A DNA stretch of 64,000 bases from Balanoglossus misakiensis (lineage: Eukaryota; Animalia; Hemichordata). Positions within the stretch are counted from its first letter, which is position 1, and the number at the start of each line of letters is the position of its first letter. The stretch spans positions 6,179,531-6,243,530 of the forward strand of contig CM082592.2 in NCBI GenBank assembly GCA_040954595.2, given 5' to 3'. Position numbers and translations under genes: made by a program. Of the stretch, positions 52,001 to 64,000 are shown one piece after another. Below the pieces are notes generated by a model, which saw only the letters and a program-made list of their open reading frames with translations, was not told the DNA's origin and searched no databases.

Positions 52001-52335
52001 AATGAAATCTGAAGGGAGAGAGCACAATCGGCTAGATCAGGTGTACATGTAGTACCGCAAGAATGCAATATGCATAGACGGCCAACTAGCTCTGTTAACC
52101 GCGGCGTCATCCTGAAGGAAGTTATCATTGTTCAAGACAAATACACTCGAGACATTCCTTCGGCAGAATACTGCGTAGGGGTGTTTAGGAATTGTGCCCC
52201 GGAGCACGTTACTGACGTCGAATATCGTCACAGGCCCGAGCTCACTCTTGGCAATCACTATTTTCTGCGCAGGCGCAACACGATGCTCTACTTAGTCCTC
52301 TTCCCCATTGAATGTAACGCATCGGTTTGAACGTT

Positions 52336-52494
52336 TAAGCCCCCAGTAACTCCAACTTTGGGCTATTTTCTCAAGTGTTTTGTTTTTGGTATCAACTGTT
52401 GCTTCTTGTTCTACTCAGTAAAACATAAAAATGCACAGTATTTCGTTTTTCAACGCTTAAAATAGAAAAAAGTCGGAGATACTGGCAGGGCTTA
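52336..52494. mobile_element. MITE-like element with imperfect ~25-bp inverted termini
   Basis: taagcccccagtaactccaacttt ... aaagtcggagatactggcagggctta; a related single end is at ~59361 (taaagcccaggtaactctaacttt). Confidence 0.55.
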
Positions 52495-52720
52495 TAAAAT
52501 GACGCAGCGCGTATTTCCAGTAGCTTTCCCCCACACACGGTTCTTTGTTTCTGTCAGTTTGATACAACACCGATATTCGGACCCAATTATAGGCTAATCA
52601 TGTCCAACTTCCGTTTGATTTCCAGATTGAATGAAGAATCGCCGAAAAGTGAAACGAGTACGTTCCCACCGCGTGGACTGTGCGGCAGATTCCACTGGCA
52701 CCCAGACCTACGAGGTTGCG

Positions 52721-52996
52721 CCAGAAATTGTCGTCTGCTGAGGACTTCTGAACACGCTGCCTTGGCACAGTATAGTCTTGGACTGTATGCCAGAAATTGT
52801 CGTCTGCTGAGGACTTCTGAACACGCTGCCTTGGCACAGTATAGTCTTAGACTGTATGGCAGAAATTGTCGTCTGCTGAGGATTCCTGAACACGCGGTCT
52901 TGACACAGTATAGTCTTGGACTGTATACCAGAAATTGTCGTCTGCTGAGGACTTCTGAACACGCGGTCTTGACACAGTATAGTCTTGGACTGTATG
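52721..52996 (+). repeat. Minisatellite, 4 x 69 bp, directly upstream of and in frame with exon 1 of UST copy 4
   Basis: Units start at 52721, 52790, 52859 and 52928 (ccagaaattgtcgtctgctgaggacttctgaacacg...agtatagtcttggactgtatg) with few substitutions. Confidence 0.95.
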
Positions 52997-53037
52997 CCTA
53001 TTTCTGTGACCCGCTCGCGACAAGACAGGATAAGGGG

Positions 53038-56000
53038 ATGGTGGCCTTATCCGTTCTGCAATCGTCACGTCGCCGACCCGTGTTTGCTGGCGTCCTCGTG
53101 CTGGTAGCCACCTGTCTGTTCCTGTACGTGTATTGCATCTATTCCGACGGCACATATTTCACCAGTCATCGAATGACGACAAAATTTGATACTGGTAAGC
53201 AGTTGCTAATCTTTTTTGTTATTATTAGTCTTCCAACAACCCAGATATGTACTGTCCCAATTAGATGGGATCGAGTGTGGTGTATCGTATACAATGTATA
53301 CATGTATTTACTTACGTCACCGTTTTCCTGAAAACAGACAATCTTCCGCATAAAGTTAATTCTTCTATTTATTGCCTTGGCGCGCAGACCTACTTTTAAG
53401 GTGCATTTCTATTACATTTTTTGAGAATAGTTCTATCGCCACTGAATCGTGAAAGTCAGTTCCGTCACGTATCATTACTGAAGCCACTGGAAACTCAATC
53501 CGACCTCTGTTAACTTACAGGAAATAGATCAAACGATTAAAACGGTATTGAGGGATGGTTTTCTTGGCTGGAAGACCTTTGTGACGATAAGCTCCTAATG
53601 ATATTGTGAAAAAATGACTTCGGATGCGTATCGCGAGTATGTTGCTGACCGGAGGCGCTGAATTAGAGAGCAAGTAATTACAGTTCTGGCCGTAGTCCAT
53701 AGGTGGGCAGATAGTTCGATCGCGCGATCGTCGCCATCTTCCTATATCCTTCGAAAAAAGTTGTAGGACTAAACCGGGTTTCGTTCAGAGAACCAGCAGA
53801 AGTCAAGGTCGCACTCACTTGGGTGATCTTGGCAAACGGTAATGGCGGACGGTTTTCACTGGGAGCCGGAAAAAAAAACTGTTATTGGTTAGGATGGGTT
53901 TGTTCTCGTTCTCATGATGGCAAAATTAACGAAGGAAATTGTGAACATGCTGAAAATGGCATTTATATCGTGATCGCTACTTCTGACGTCGAAACGCGAC
54001 GTTTTGGAAATCCGGGATGGGGCTTTTTTACGGCATCCACCTGCATCTCACGACAGTCTCAGCAAACATGTGCGAAAGACGTTCGGCGCTCAACGACGCG
54101 CTTTGTGCAGCCAAAGTTACAAATGAGCGCTTCACACATCAATCACTGCGAGAAAGCGCCACAGTGCGCTGTTCTCTGTCATCTTGCAGACATCTCCGTT
54201 TTTATGGGACAGTTCACATGAAGTGTTCCCGTGTACTCCGAAGACACGATGGCCCTGTCTGGAGGTTCGATCAAGACGGGGCGTGAACCCTCAACCATGA
54301 ACTTTTCGAGTTTTGGCATTGTGGTGTGTATAAACACACTGCAGTGACATTGTCCTTCCTACAGACATTTCGCGTGATTTAAATTTAAAGCAAATTTGGC
54401 TGATTTTTATATATTTTATGGCATATTAAGGCAAGTCTAGTCAGTGTAAAACAAAGACATCACAGCACCCTTTTTCGACAGTGTGTGAAAAAAAAAACAG
54501 ATTAGCTTCGATCCGATCGCTTCCAAATGTTCGACAAAATGACTTTGATTCCCATGCTACCTGCACCAGTTTCGGCATCAGATTCGGATTGTCTTTCGAT
54601 CGAGTCGGTCGTCACGGGGGGGGGGGGGGCAATAAAAGCCTGGAATTTCTTCCAGATTTACACCAACCATCACAGATCACTAGAGAAGAAAATAGTTTCC
54701 CGCGCTCAAGGCATTGTCTGCACCTGGAGCCTTGATTGGGCGGAAAATGTCCCGGATATAAGCGACGCGCGAGATGCCACAAGTATTGGTCTTGTAGTAA
54801 AGTCTCCCCGGTCCCGTGTCTGCATCAGTTGCCCTCTTTTCTTGCCTCAAATTGTTACCATGGCACCAAAAGCAAGCACTGTCAATCGCACTAAAACAAT
54901 ACATCTGAGGTAAACTTGGTAATTTTAATTTCAGAAAGGACCATTTGTTCAACGTCACGTGTTTGCTTAATTTCATATGTTGTCTCACCACTGTTATTTC
55001 TTATCAACAGGTGATTTTCATGGTTTTGCAAGTTCCCCAAGCGACGTAGTAAGTATTTTGAATATTAACGTCATTTAAAAAACGATGAATGACACGACTT
55101 GTGTTTGCTCATTGATCATCGATAGTTCCTTACTTACAAAGCGCCCCCATACGACTTAAATGTAGTTTCCCAGGTGTTCTGAAGATTGTTACTACATTGT
55201 CTCCTTGACGTGTCCTCGGACACGTTTTATACACAGAAACACATAAAACTGAAGTTCTGACCCAGTGCAGTTGGGGTTTTCTCACATTGCCGCTCTTTTT
55301 TTCGTACTTGACAGCGGGACTTGATTTTCTACAACAAAGTTGGTAAATGCGGCAGCAGGACGCTGGTGTACTTGCTACGGAAGCTGGCTCGACGGAACAA
55401 GTTTGCGGCGGCGGGTCAGAGCAAAACGCCGAGCGTGCACAGACAAATGTCTATACGTGAACAGGTTAGTTGCCATGGAATTAGCTACAATCATTGCAGC
55501 TACCATGGAAACCACTTTAACGGCGGCACCGTTCTGTTTTCACTTTTCGTACTACTAGTAATATACTGTTTATGCTATGCAGAACTATTATTGGGGGTAT
55601 TCATAGCTGTAACTGCAGACTGTTCAGTCTGATGATTTCGTCAAACGCGAACGAAGTGTTTGAACCTTTTTCTTATTCTCTTGCCATCTCTGTCTGTCGT
55701 CCACAGGAGCAATTGGTAAAACGAATTTCAAGCTTACCAAGGCCGTCTACATTTTACAGACACACTTATTTTATCGATTTCCAAAGGTAAGCCAGAAAAA
55801 TCGAGTTTGATATCGTTTACACAATCATTTTGTTTGCACCTTTACCGTTTGGCCCGTTTAACTCCGATGAAAACGTATACTTTCGATGGCAGAAAAATCT
55901 TATTCGAACTACAGTCCCCGCAAATGAAATCTTAGCTTCGCGCGCACAGTACAGTAGCTGCTGCCCGCCATACACACATTCTACTAGTCTCGGTTACCCA

Positions 56001-57644
56001 GACACCTCTGCTTCTTCCGTTGGTGCTCCAGAAAGAAGCAGGGGAGTCTGGGTAACCGAGATTAGCATTCTACAAACACAGTACCGTTCTATGCAGAAAA
56101 ATGACTAATTTTCCTTCTTTTCCTAATTCTTTTCTCAGGTTTGGTTACAAGAATCCCATTTACATAAATATAGTTCGGACACCTTTAAACAGATTTGTGT
56201 CGGAATATTATTTCAAGAGATTTGGCGATGATAAAAACAGCAGCAAGAACTTCATTGGAGAAAACAAATACGAAGTGAGTGTGACAAGTCGTTTTCTTGG
56301 AAATTTCACATCCGTCTGGGTGGAACAAATCTCTGCCTTTCAGACGTTCGGGTCTTTAATTTTTAAAATTCAATTACACGTTATTAGCGAGTGACTGTTT
56401 CAAGTGATTGCCTGGGAAAAGCCAGTCTGGAAAATTAAACAATGAGCTAATTACACTTGGAGTGATTCGCTTGGGTAAAAATAGAACAGCTGAGATGAGT
56501 GTGCTGCATGTGTCCGGGCTCCACTTACGCCTATAAAGGGTTCATAGGCACACCGGAGCGCCCGCACACGACTGAATCTTTCAGTCGAACGCCATTTTCA
56601 CTCATATTGATTAATGCATTCTGTCGTTTTCCCCAGACATTTGACGAATGCGTTCTCAATAATAGAACCGAATGCACGAATAATACCCTTCATATTATAC
56701 CGTATTTCTGTGGGCAAGAACGCGGCTGCAGGTAGGCACTCTTCATTTCGTTTGACCTTCAGGCTTCTATTTGGCATACGTCACGCAGATTGGGCAATTT
56801 CAGCAATTGATGACGAAAAACGAACAAGTATTTTATTGACGTCACTCTAATTGATAAACTTAAGCGTCCGTTTATTTTTGGTTTACAGAAACAATTCCAG
56901 ATGGGCCCTAGATCGAGCAAAGGAAAACGTCATGAAACATTTCCAGTTTGTTGGCATCAGTGAAGAATTCACAGAAACACTGAAACTACTTGAAGTGATG
57001 TTTCCGAGGTTCTTTGAGGGCGCTGTTGAAATATATAAAACTCCAGGTGAGGTGTTTGGCCTGGGTGCATGCGCGCATGCGTCTGTTTGTCTGTTTGTCA
57101 CAATTTCCTATTCCTTACATTTTCAGTTATTGTTGTGTTCTTTGATAAATGCCTAACTGCTCTAGAACCACAGGTGATGTTCGAAACCTATGCCAAAATG
57201 CACGGCAGCAATGGGAATAACATCCTAATGCATACTCTACTATTCTTGGTGCGGACCAAATATTAAATGATCGAAGTATTCACGTAATTATATCCATCAT
57301 ACGCAGGGTGCGAGTCGAATCGAGACAACCAGACATGGAACATATTTCGACGAACTGAACAAAATAGGCAAGTTGTCAAAAGAAAGTAAATAAGATAAAT
57401 TGTATGTGAAAGGCTGTGGACACGTGACAAGATTACGTCATTGAAGTTTGTCTTTCTTTTCTCTTCAGGTGCAATACGCAGCACAAAGACTCATGGGAAA
57501 GTTCCGCCCTCGCCAAAGGTAGTGCAAATAATGAACAAAAGACTGGCTCTGGAAAACGAATTCTATGAATTCATCAAAGAGAGGTTTTATTCACTGAAAG
57601 CCAAGTACGGCAAACTACAGAATCGTCGTCGCGAACAATCGTAA
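53038..57644 (+). CDS. UST: Uronyl 2-O-sulfotransferase-like, copy 4; exons 53038-53194, 55011-55048, 55315-55464, 55707-55786, 56139-56274, 56637-56731, 56889-57046, 57469-57644 (alternative upstream ATG at 52600)
   Basis: TM anchor [21 protein letters not shown]; [12 protein letters not shown]; FYRHTYF; [22 protein letters not shown]; IIPYFCGQ; [10 protein letters not shown]; [13 protein letters not shown]. All introns GT-AG and in phase. Confidence 0.92.
55984..56065. mobile_element. Short palindromic MITE-like hairpin in an intron of UST copy 4
   Basis: ctagtctcggttacccagac-acctctgcttctt ... aagaagcagggga-gtctgggtaaccgagattag, about 33-bp imperfect arms. Confidence 0.7.
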
Positions 57645-59867
57645 ACTTTCTGCCGGGTGTCAGCTATGACCTTTGACCCACGGGAGTAGCACGCGATGCG
57701 CGAGCAGATGATCATTCAGTGCGTGAATGTACATATGCAAGTACATGTACTGTATTAGTACGGCAAACGATTATGGGCCGGGGATAGCAGGTGTCAAATT
57801 GTATGGGACTAATTAAATAATGATCACCGTGAACGATTCCAGGTATCTCAGGTGAAATCTTGTTATACGAGGCAAATATTCGTCTTCGATTTGAAGACAT
57901 TGAAATAAAATGTTAATTTATAGCTTGAGTGTCGATGTTGTCTTTGTTTGCTGTGTTTGATGGATGACACACCGCCGCCATATTTGGGAAATCTGCTGTT
58001 AGTTAGTATATTCAACATTGTACATTATACAACACCCATACAAGAGAAAATGAAACCCGTCCACGGAATGGAATTGAAACATTTCGGGACATCGACAGCA
58101 AATATCTATTAAGCTAAAATATAAAATCTGCAGAAGTTGAAACAAAGGGGTTCAAAAGAGGTGACAATTGAAGACAAATGAAATATTAAAAAGCTATCCA
58201 CTGACGGTGAACTACGAATAAATAATGGATTTACAATCGAGATAATGGCAAGTGGTTATCACAAGATCAGCCCGTGGCGGAAAATATCGACGGAATATCA
58301 TTTCACAATGGGGTGGAAGGGTTTAAGAAGGATTTCTTCTTGCTAGTACTTTCACCTGTGGTGGTATAATGTTGTTGTTTTTCTATGGTTCACCAAATTG
58401 TCTGTCGCCTTGACCTCGGCTGCGTATTGCGACTGCGCATTTCAGTATTGAAATGTTTCGGTCAAAGAACTTTCTTCGGGTTGCCGGCACTTTGTTCGGC
58501 TTTCATGTTCGTTGATCGGCAAAGAAGATCCACCGGTGTCGGTGTTTTTTAGCTTTGCCTGAAGGTTCTTAACTTGCCGCATTTCATTTGTTGAAAGACT
58601 GTTGTTTCCTCGCTAACACTTACGGACAGGCCTGGCTTAAGGATATAAGAAAGTTGTTTTTGTTTCAGTACAGGAATTTCCTTTGGCCGCCAGGGCGGAA
58701 CTTGACAATTAAACTTTAAACAGCGGCGCGCAAATGTTTTCATGGCATGACACTGAAACAACGTCGTTTGATGAATATTTATAACTTGACATCGCCTTCT
58801 ATATATCGAGTGTGTCATTAATATCATCAATACTTCATTTCCAAAAAAATATGAAGGCCGCCAAGCTGCAACGCTTTGTAATTTGATGGCATGTATTTCA
58901 CGCAGCATCCAGTGGCAAAGCATGTAAATTTAATGTTGTTGTTTTTTAATTTCTCGCCAATAACAAAGTCATATTTATACAAAGTCAACAAAACTTGAAG
59001 AATGTCACCTTGACAGCACGTTGTTCTGTAAAGATTCCGAACGATGCATATACACGTACTGACTATGCTCAAAGTACTTTGCGCCTATTAATTATTGATC
59101 TAGCTGAGGTCCCAGCCGATTGCAAATAATACTTATAAACACAGCCTCCTGGAACAGCCCTGCCAAGGCAATAACCAGACAATGCACGCCGCCTCCAAAC
59201 TCCGCATACTAACTATACACGACATGAGTGAAGTAAGCACCTTAGCCAAAAACTCACGCTACACTATACGGCCACCTTCAGCAAGAACATTTAAATCAAC
59301 TCATTTCAAGTTGAAGTTAAATTCACGAAAAATATGCAAATAATATCAGCTTAGGGCCAATAAAGCCCAGGTAACTCTAACTTTTAACTATTTAGCTTTC
59401 TTTGAAATTCCTACATCAAACCCGATTTCCTGTTCTACTCTCGACAGCTTTATGAATTGTTCACTCTTTAGCTGTGTATCATACATTTAGGCCTAAAAAG
59501 GGGTTATTGATCGTGGTCAACAGTCTCGAGTATGGCCAGTTACAAACGCCGTTCCGTCGGAGATTTTGAGTTACGGCGGACACGGAAATGTCACAGCATA
59601 GAACCTACGGCGTTAAACATAGACGACATGAATAATTTAGCGAAATCATAAAATATTCTTTGTCGGAATAGTACACGTAGGCGAGTAACGTTTTGGCAAA
59701 GTGCATTAAAGTTTTAACGCCAATTTCTCTATGCGACTGAAATAAAATCGATAACTATCAGATTATATAAAAACGGTTGTAAGTTTTTTAAAAATTGGAT
59801 AACTTTTCATAGTCCAATTTTGAAATAAATGTGTATTGCATTGCGTTGCGTTGTACTTTACCATATT

Positions 59868-59916
59868 GTACTGTACTGTACTGTATTGTGCTGTGCTGTG
59901 TTGTACAGTGCTGTGT
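59868..59916. repeat. Degenerate pentanucleotide microsatellite (CTGTA/CTGTG)n
   Basis: gtactgtactgtactgtattgtgctgtgctgtgttgtacagtgctgtg. Confidence 0.75.
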
Positions 59917-62590
59917 ATGACGTCAGAAATGGGGACTTTGGCTCTGCACGACAGCCATTACCCGGATATGCTAACGAAATTTTTCGGTGACACTACTCTA
60001 GTTTCGCTCTACATATGCAAATCAACGTCTCACTCAGAAAATAGATTGGTCCGCAGGCTTTTACTGTGCCGGATGTACCTTCAAATCGGTTACAGTATAA
60101 TAATTGCAAAATGATTGCAGCGTGAATTACACCCTCAGATAATTCCCCTCGTTTGACCACCTCGGCCAATTCAGTTCTTACTATCAGCGGGGACTGTGTC
60201 ATTATTAATGACCTTTCAAATGTATCCTCTAATTCATACCAGCCGTACTCTTGACTTTCTCCCTATTGCCGCATTCCAAATTGCGACCTCGGAATAATAC
60301 GAAGATCTTGAAGAACTAAAGAGAAAGGGGTTATTTCGTCTCCCCGACGTGGAAAAAACCCATGCAAACTATACTGACAATTACCGATCAAATCGACGCA
60401 AGAGAGAAATCGCAACCCGCCGCAGGATGTCGGAAGCAAGTCATTCTCGACCAGCAAGCCACCTGGAACTATGCGCGTCATAAGATGTGCATAAAAATTA
60501 TATACCCGGGGAATTCAATTTGACATTTGTGAGAAATTGTATCGTCGTCAACGGAGTCTAATTTCAGAGTTGGTCTGATTGAGTAATGAGGCTCCGGATG
60601 GGTGTTTGCGCGCGCACGGCTAACCAACTTGTCGTTTGACGCTTTTTCATCGGAGGCTGACGAGAATGCACGAAAATCAAATTCTCAAACTTTTTCTAAT
60701 GTTTTGTTCAAGGCAACTGATTTTTGATGAGGGAATACTGTTCCCGTCGAGTTATGAGGAAACACGATCGCCATGCCAACGCTCCCAAATTAAAGCTCAG
60801 CCACGCAAATTATGGGATGCCTGCAAGGTATGCGTGGAAACGAGCGGTCGTCGTGTAGCTGTGAGCTGTGTCATAAAAAGTGCAGCCATCTGTCCCAATT
60901 TTTTGACAAAGATATTATATTTTGAATTGCTTATCATCACACGCGATTGGTTCGCTAAATATGAATATTTAGGCAGGGTGTACAAATCAAGGGATGGTTC
61001 ACGTCGTCGCCATGGAAACATCGCTCCATTAACCAAGAATATGCAAAAAGTTGGTGGTATTGTACATGTATATATACAACAACAAGTATCGGCGGTGCGC
61101 CCATTTCCGAATTGCTGGCGATGGTCGTGTGTGTACGCTGCTTCTACTCGCTCTGACGAACGTACAATTCAATCCTGCAGTCGAAGAGAGAACGACACGC
61201 AGATCAACGCTAAAGTCGACACTTGTTCACGTGCTCAGGTATAGTAGTCCAGACAATACAATATAGTATCAAATAATGCTAACTGCGATGGGCTTTGTAT
61301 GGATTCTTGGCAATCATTGAATGTACGTGATGATTATCCCGTTCTCTCAGCTCGGATCATAATTGTGCCAATATATTACTTTCCGCACGTACGATTCAAG
61401 GTAGGGAGCTAGCGCTACGTACGGGGGTTCGTGGCGGCATAAATTTTACCTGGACAACGTGTACTCTTTAACCACACTATACGTATCCCTTTGACACAAG
61501 AATTTGAGCAGAGCAGGCCTAGGTGAAATTGTTACAAAAATGGGTATACACCACGCCGAAAACCACCTATGATGTACAGTTTACATGCCGCACTTTACAA
61601 TTAGATTTTGCAACAATTGGAACTATCCAGATGATGTCGTTGAATTCAACTGAACCCTATAAAACTGCGTTGACGTTTTTGCAAATTCCTTATTTTTCAG
61701 TAAACAAAAATAATAGAGTTGCAGTGTTTTTTTAACAAACATAATCAAAGTGAATTTCAAACTATTTGCTATAATAGCATGATTTTTTTCTGGCTGTGCG
61801 ACAAAGCGTGTACACATTGTAAAGGGGTCGCCACGGTGTGGAAAAGCAATTTCAAGTCATAAGTAGGATCACGTTGTAAGAGATGCTGCCATTTCCCTGA
61901 GCGCCTTTCGATGTCAACACTAGTACTTTTAAAAAGAACGACTTCTTTCAGATAGCCTCTTTAAGATGAAAGGAAATTAGGCGAGGAACTAAGTGGTGAG
62001 GGTAGGAAAAAGCCGGTCATTGTTTTGGACATGGACTACAGCTCATATAGAAACTGGTCGGGTTCTTAATGATGAGAACGTGTGAATATATCTTGAATAG
62101 AGGGTGCATAAAATTGATATTAAGCACGCAAAAGAGCGGAGCAAACTATTGTTTCCATAAAATTCTATCCGAAGTAACACGATTCTACCACGCGTTCGAT
62201 GACACTGTTATCGCCAGCGATCCTTTTGAGGGAAAATGTCGAACGTGATATCGTGCTCTTTCTACCTCCTCTGGCTTCAATGGATTTTTTTGGAAGAAAT
62301 GTGTCGTGATATTTTAGACAATTGGGAAGCGATTCAACACCCACTACTTTGTATTGTATAGATGCCATGGACATTGTACACTTTTTTAATTGATCATTTT
62401 TTTCTACTCATAGCGAGATGTCGCGAGGTTAAACTGAAAATTGCCGTAGAAACGGGTCGCTAGCAAAGTCAAGCTTTGTATGAAATTAAAATCGGTGCAG
62501 TTTATTTAACAAGAAATGATTTTTTGTGGCGAACGGTTTAACACGATGGCCCATGTGGGCTATGCCCTGCATCACATGAATGCCCCCTAG

Positions 62591-62638
62591 CCACGCGAGA
62601 TCTCGCGAAGCTTCGCGGAGTTCGGCTAATGGTCTATT
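62591..62638. repeat. Dispersed repeat end shared with ~30776-30825
   Basis: ccacgcgagatctcgc...gagttcgg(a/c)taa(g/t)ggtctatt occurs at both positions. Confidence 0.6.
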
Positions 62639-64000
62639 TGTGATCTGGCAAGCATACTCGGCCTCAACTATACCGAAAGGGTAAATCGCATGAAATGCAG
62701 AAAACTAGAATATGACTAAACTACTATTTAACTCCCGTATACAATACTAGAGCAAGGTGAGGAACGTTTCCTGAACGCCGGTTTAACGCAAACCACGCGG
62801 TAAGATGTTGACATTGCAATATCTTCGCGTTAACGAAGTTCGACAGATCGATACACTTGTCAAGCACTGATTGAGATTTCGGCTCATTTGTACAGTGTAG
62901 ATTTTTACGAGATCATTTATTTTCTTCCTTGGCGTTAAATTAAACTTTACGACGTTTGAGGCATACGAGCGAATGTGTTATACTTATGCGTGAAGGTTAC
63001 CTGCAAAATTGAAGCGGATGTCTTTAAAACGACAGCGAGGGAAACGTTGGCAGAAATTGTCGTGCGGTACATTATTGTAAAGGTACATTTTCTGAACCGT
63101 TTCTCGTTGCACTGCGGTGTGCACACGGGTCATTATCCACAGAATTTTTTCACGCATCATTACTTCTAAAAAGAGTATCTCACACGCAGCATGCTGCCAT
63201 CACTGGTAACAAACCAAATGAAGACTTTGACGAATTTGAGCCCACGGTGATATCACGTTATTTTTTTAAAAAATCATGTTGGGTTCCACTTACAAACACG
63301 TTAATATGCAGAACCCCCACTATATAATTCCCTACTTACAAAATGTGGTTCGACGCATAAAATGTTATTTAGTGGGTGTATTTTTACGAAAGTACCATAG
63401 CTGGTCGTGTTTCTGTTGAGGGTTCGGACAACGCGAATCCTTCCAGCAACTATAATCTATGATAATATAAACTGAACTAAACACAACTATCGCCCATGCA
63501 AAACACGTTTTTTAAAATAAAATAAAAAACTGCAAAATCTCACGTGATAGTAAATTATTTATGATCACATGTTTACGGGAATGTGTCGACCTCGGCAATG
63601 TATTGCTGCCAGCTATATCATCTTTGTATAGAGTACAATTATCACAGAGATATGCTAGTGTTCACATACACAATGTTGCAATTCATTCCTTTCTTTTGCC
63701 TGAGGAGACACAGAGATGTTTCACGTCGATTAGGTAGCTTCGCCGAGGACGTATGGTTGAAGAAACGAATGACTCGTATATCAAAATAGAACGGTATCAC
63801 TCCGCGCACGTTTCCTAGAAGAAATAGTGAAGTATTTTCTGGAAGTACCCAACCATATCGTGCATACTTGTCACCACAATCCCGTCGGCGTCCTGACAGT
63901 TTAGTCGTGAGTCACGAAACAACGTTGTAGAGATTGTAGCTACTCCTTACTTCACATGACATCGACACATATATAATACACGCGCGCGCCATACATACGA

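Noticed and set aside
51807-52330. Cluster of short ORFs with an acceptor-like site on the - strand
   Set aside because: No frame gave a recognisable protein or a consistent multi-exon model; a small gene cannot be excluded but is unsupported.
52721-52996. CRISPR-like array
   Set aside because: Units are contiguous near-identical 69-mers without unique spacers; there are no cas genes and the context is eukaryotic.
21854-57644. Assignment of the sulfotransferases to HS2ST1
   Set aside because: KCGSRT, RH, KRFGD and IPYFCGQ match UST-type sequences rather than the HS2ST KTASTS/HGH signature.
60636-61266. 202-aa ORF and neighbours in the gene-poor right end
   Set aside because: Non-ATG start, no recognisable domain or transposase/RT motif, and no coherent exon chain.

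Overview
Eukaryotic (metazoan, probably marine invertebrate) genomic DNA with spliced genes; it is not prokaryotic. Genes were reconstructed by hand from splice sites and reading-frame phases. Left to right: the 3' end of an unidentified + strand gene; PGAM5 (-); a single-coding-exon TATDN2-like nuclease with a ~900-aa low-complexity N-terminus (+); ANKFY1/Rabankyrin-5 (-); three uronyl 2-O-sulfotransferase (UST)-like paralogs (+,-,-); a type-I membrane C-type-lectin/mucin gene (+); an uncharacterised class I SAM-methyltransferase-like gene (-); NFATC2IP/Nip45 (-); a compact, highly base-paired ~380-nt element with an H/ACA-like 3' end that lies head-to-head with NFATC2IP (candidate ncRNA); and a fourth UST paralog (+) preceded by an in-frame 4x69-bp repeat. 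Several MITE-like inverted-repeat elements and microsatellites are present, and about 58-64 kb has no supportable gene. Most interesting: the candidate H/ACA-type RNA with a telomerase CR4/5-like hairpin but no template; the diverging UST cluster, in which one copy has lost the predicted catalytic His; and three required GC-AG introns, two at the same position in sister paralogs. Gene names rest on motif recognition only; no database search was run.
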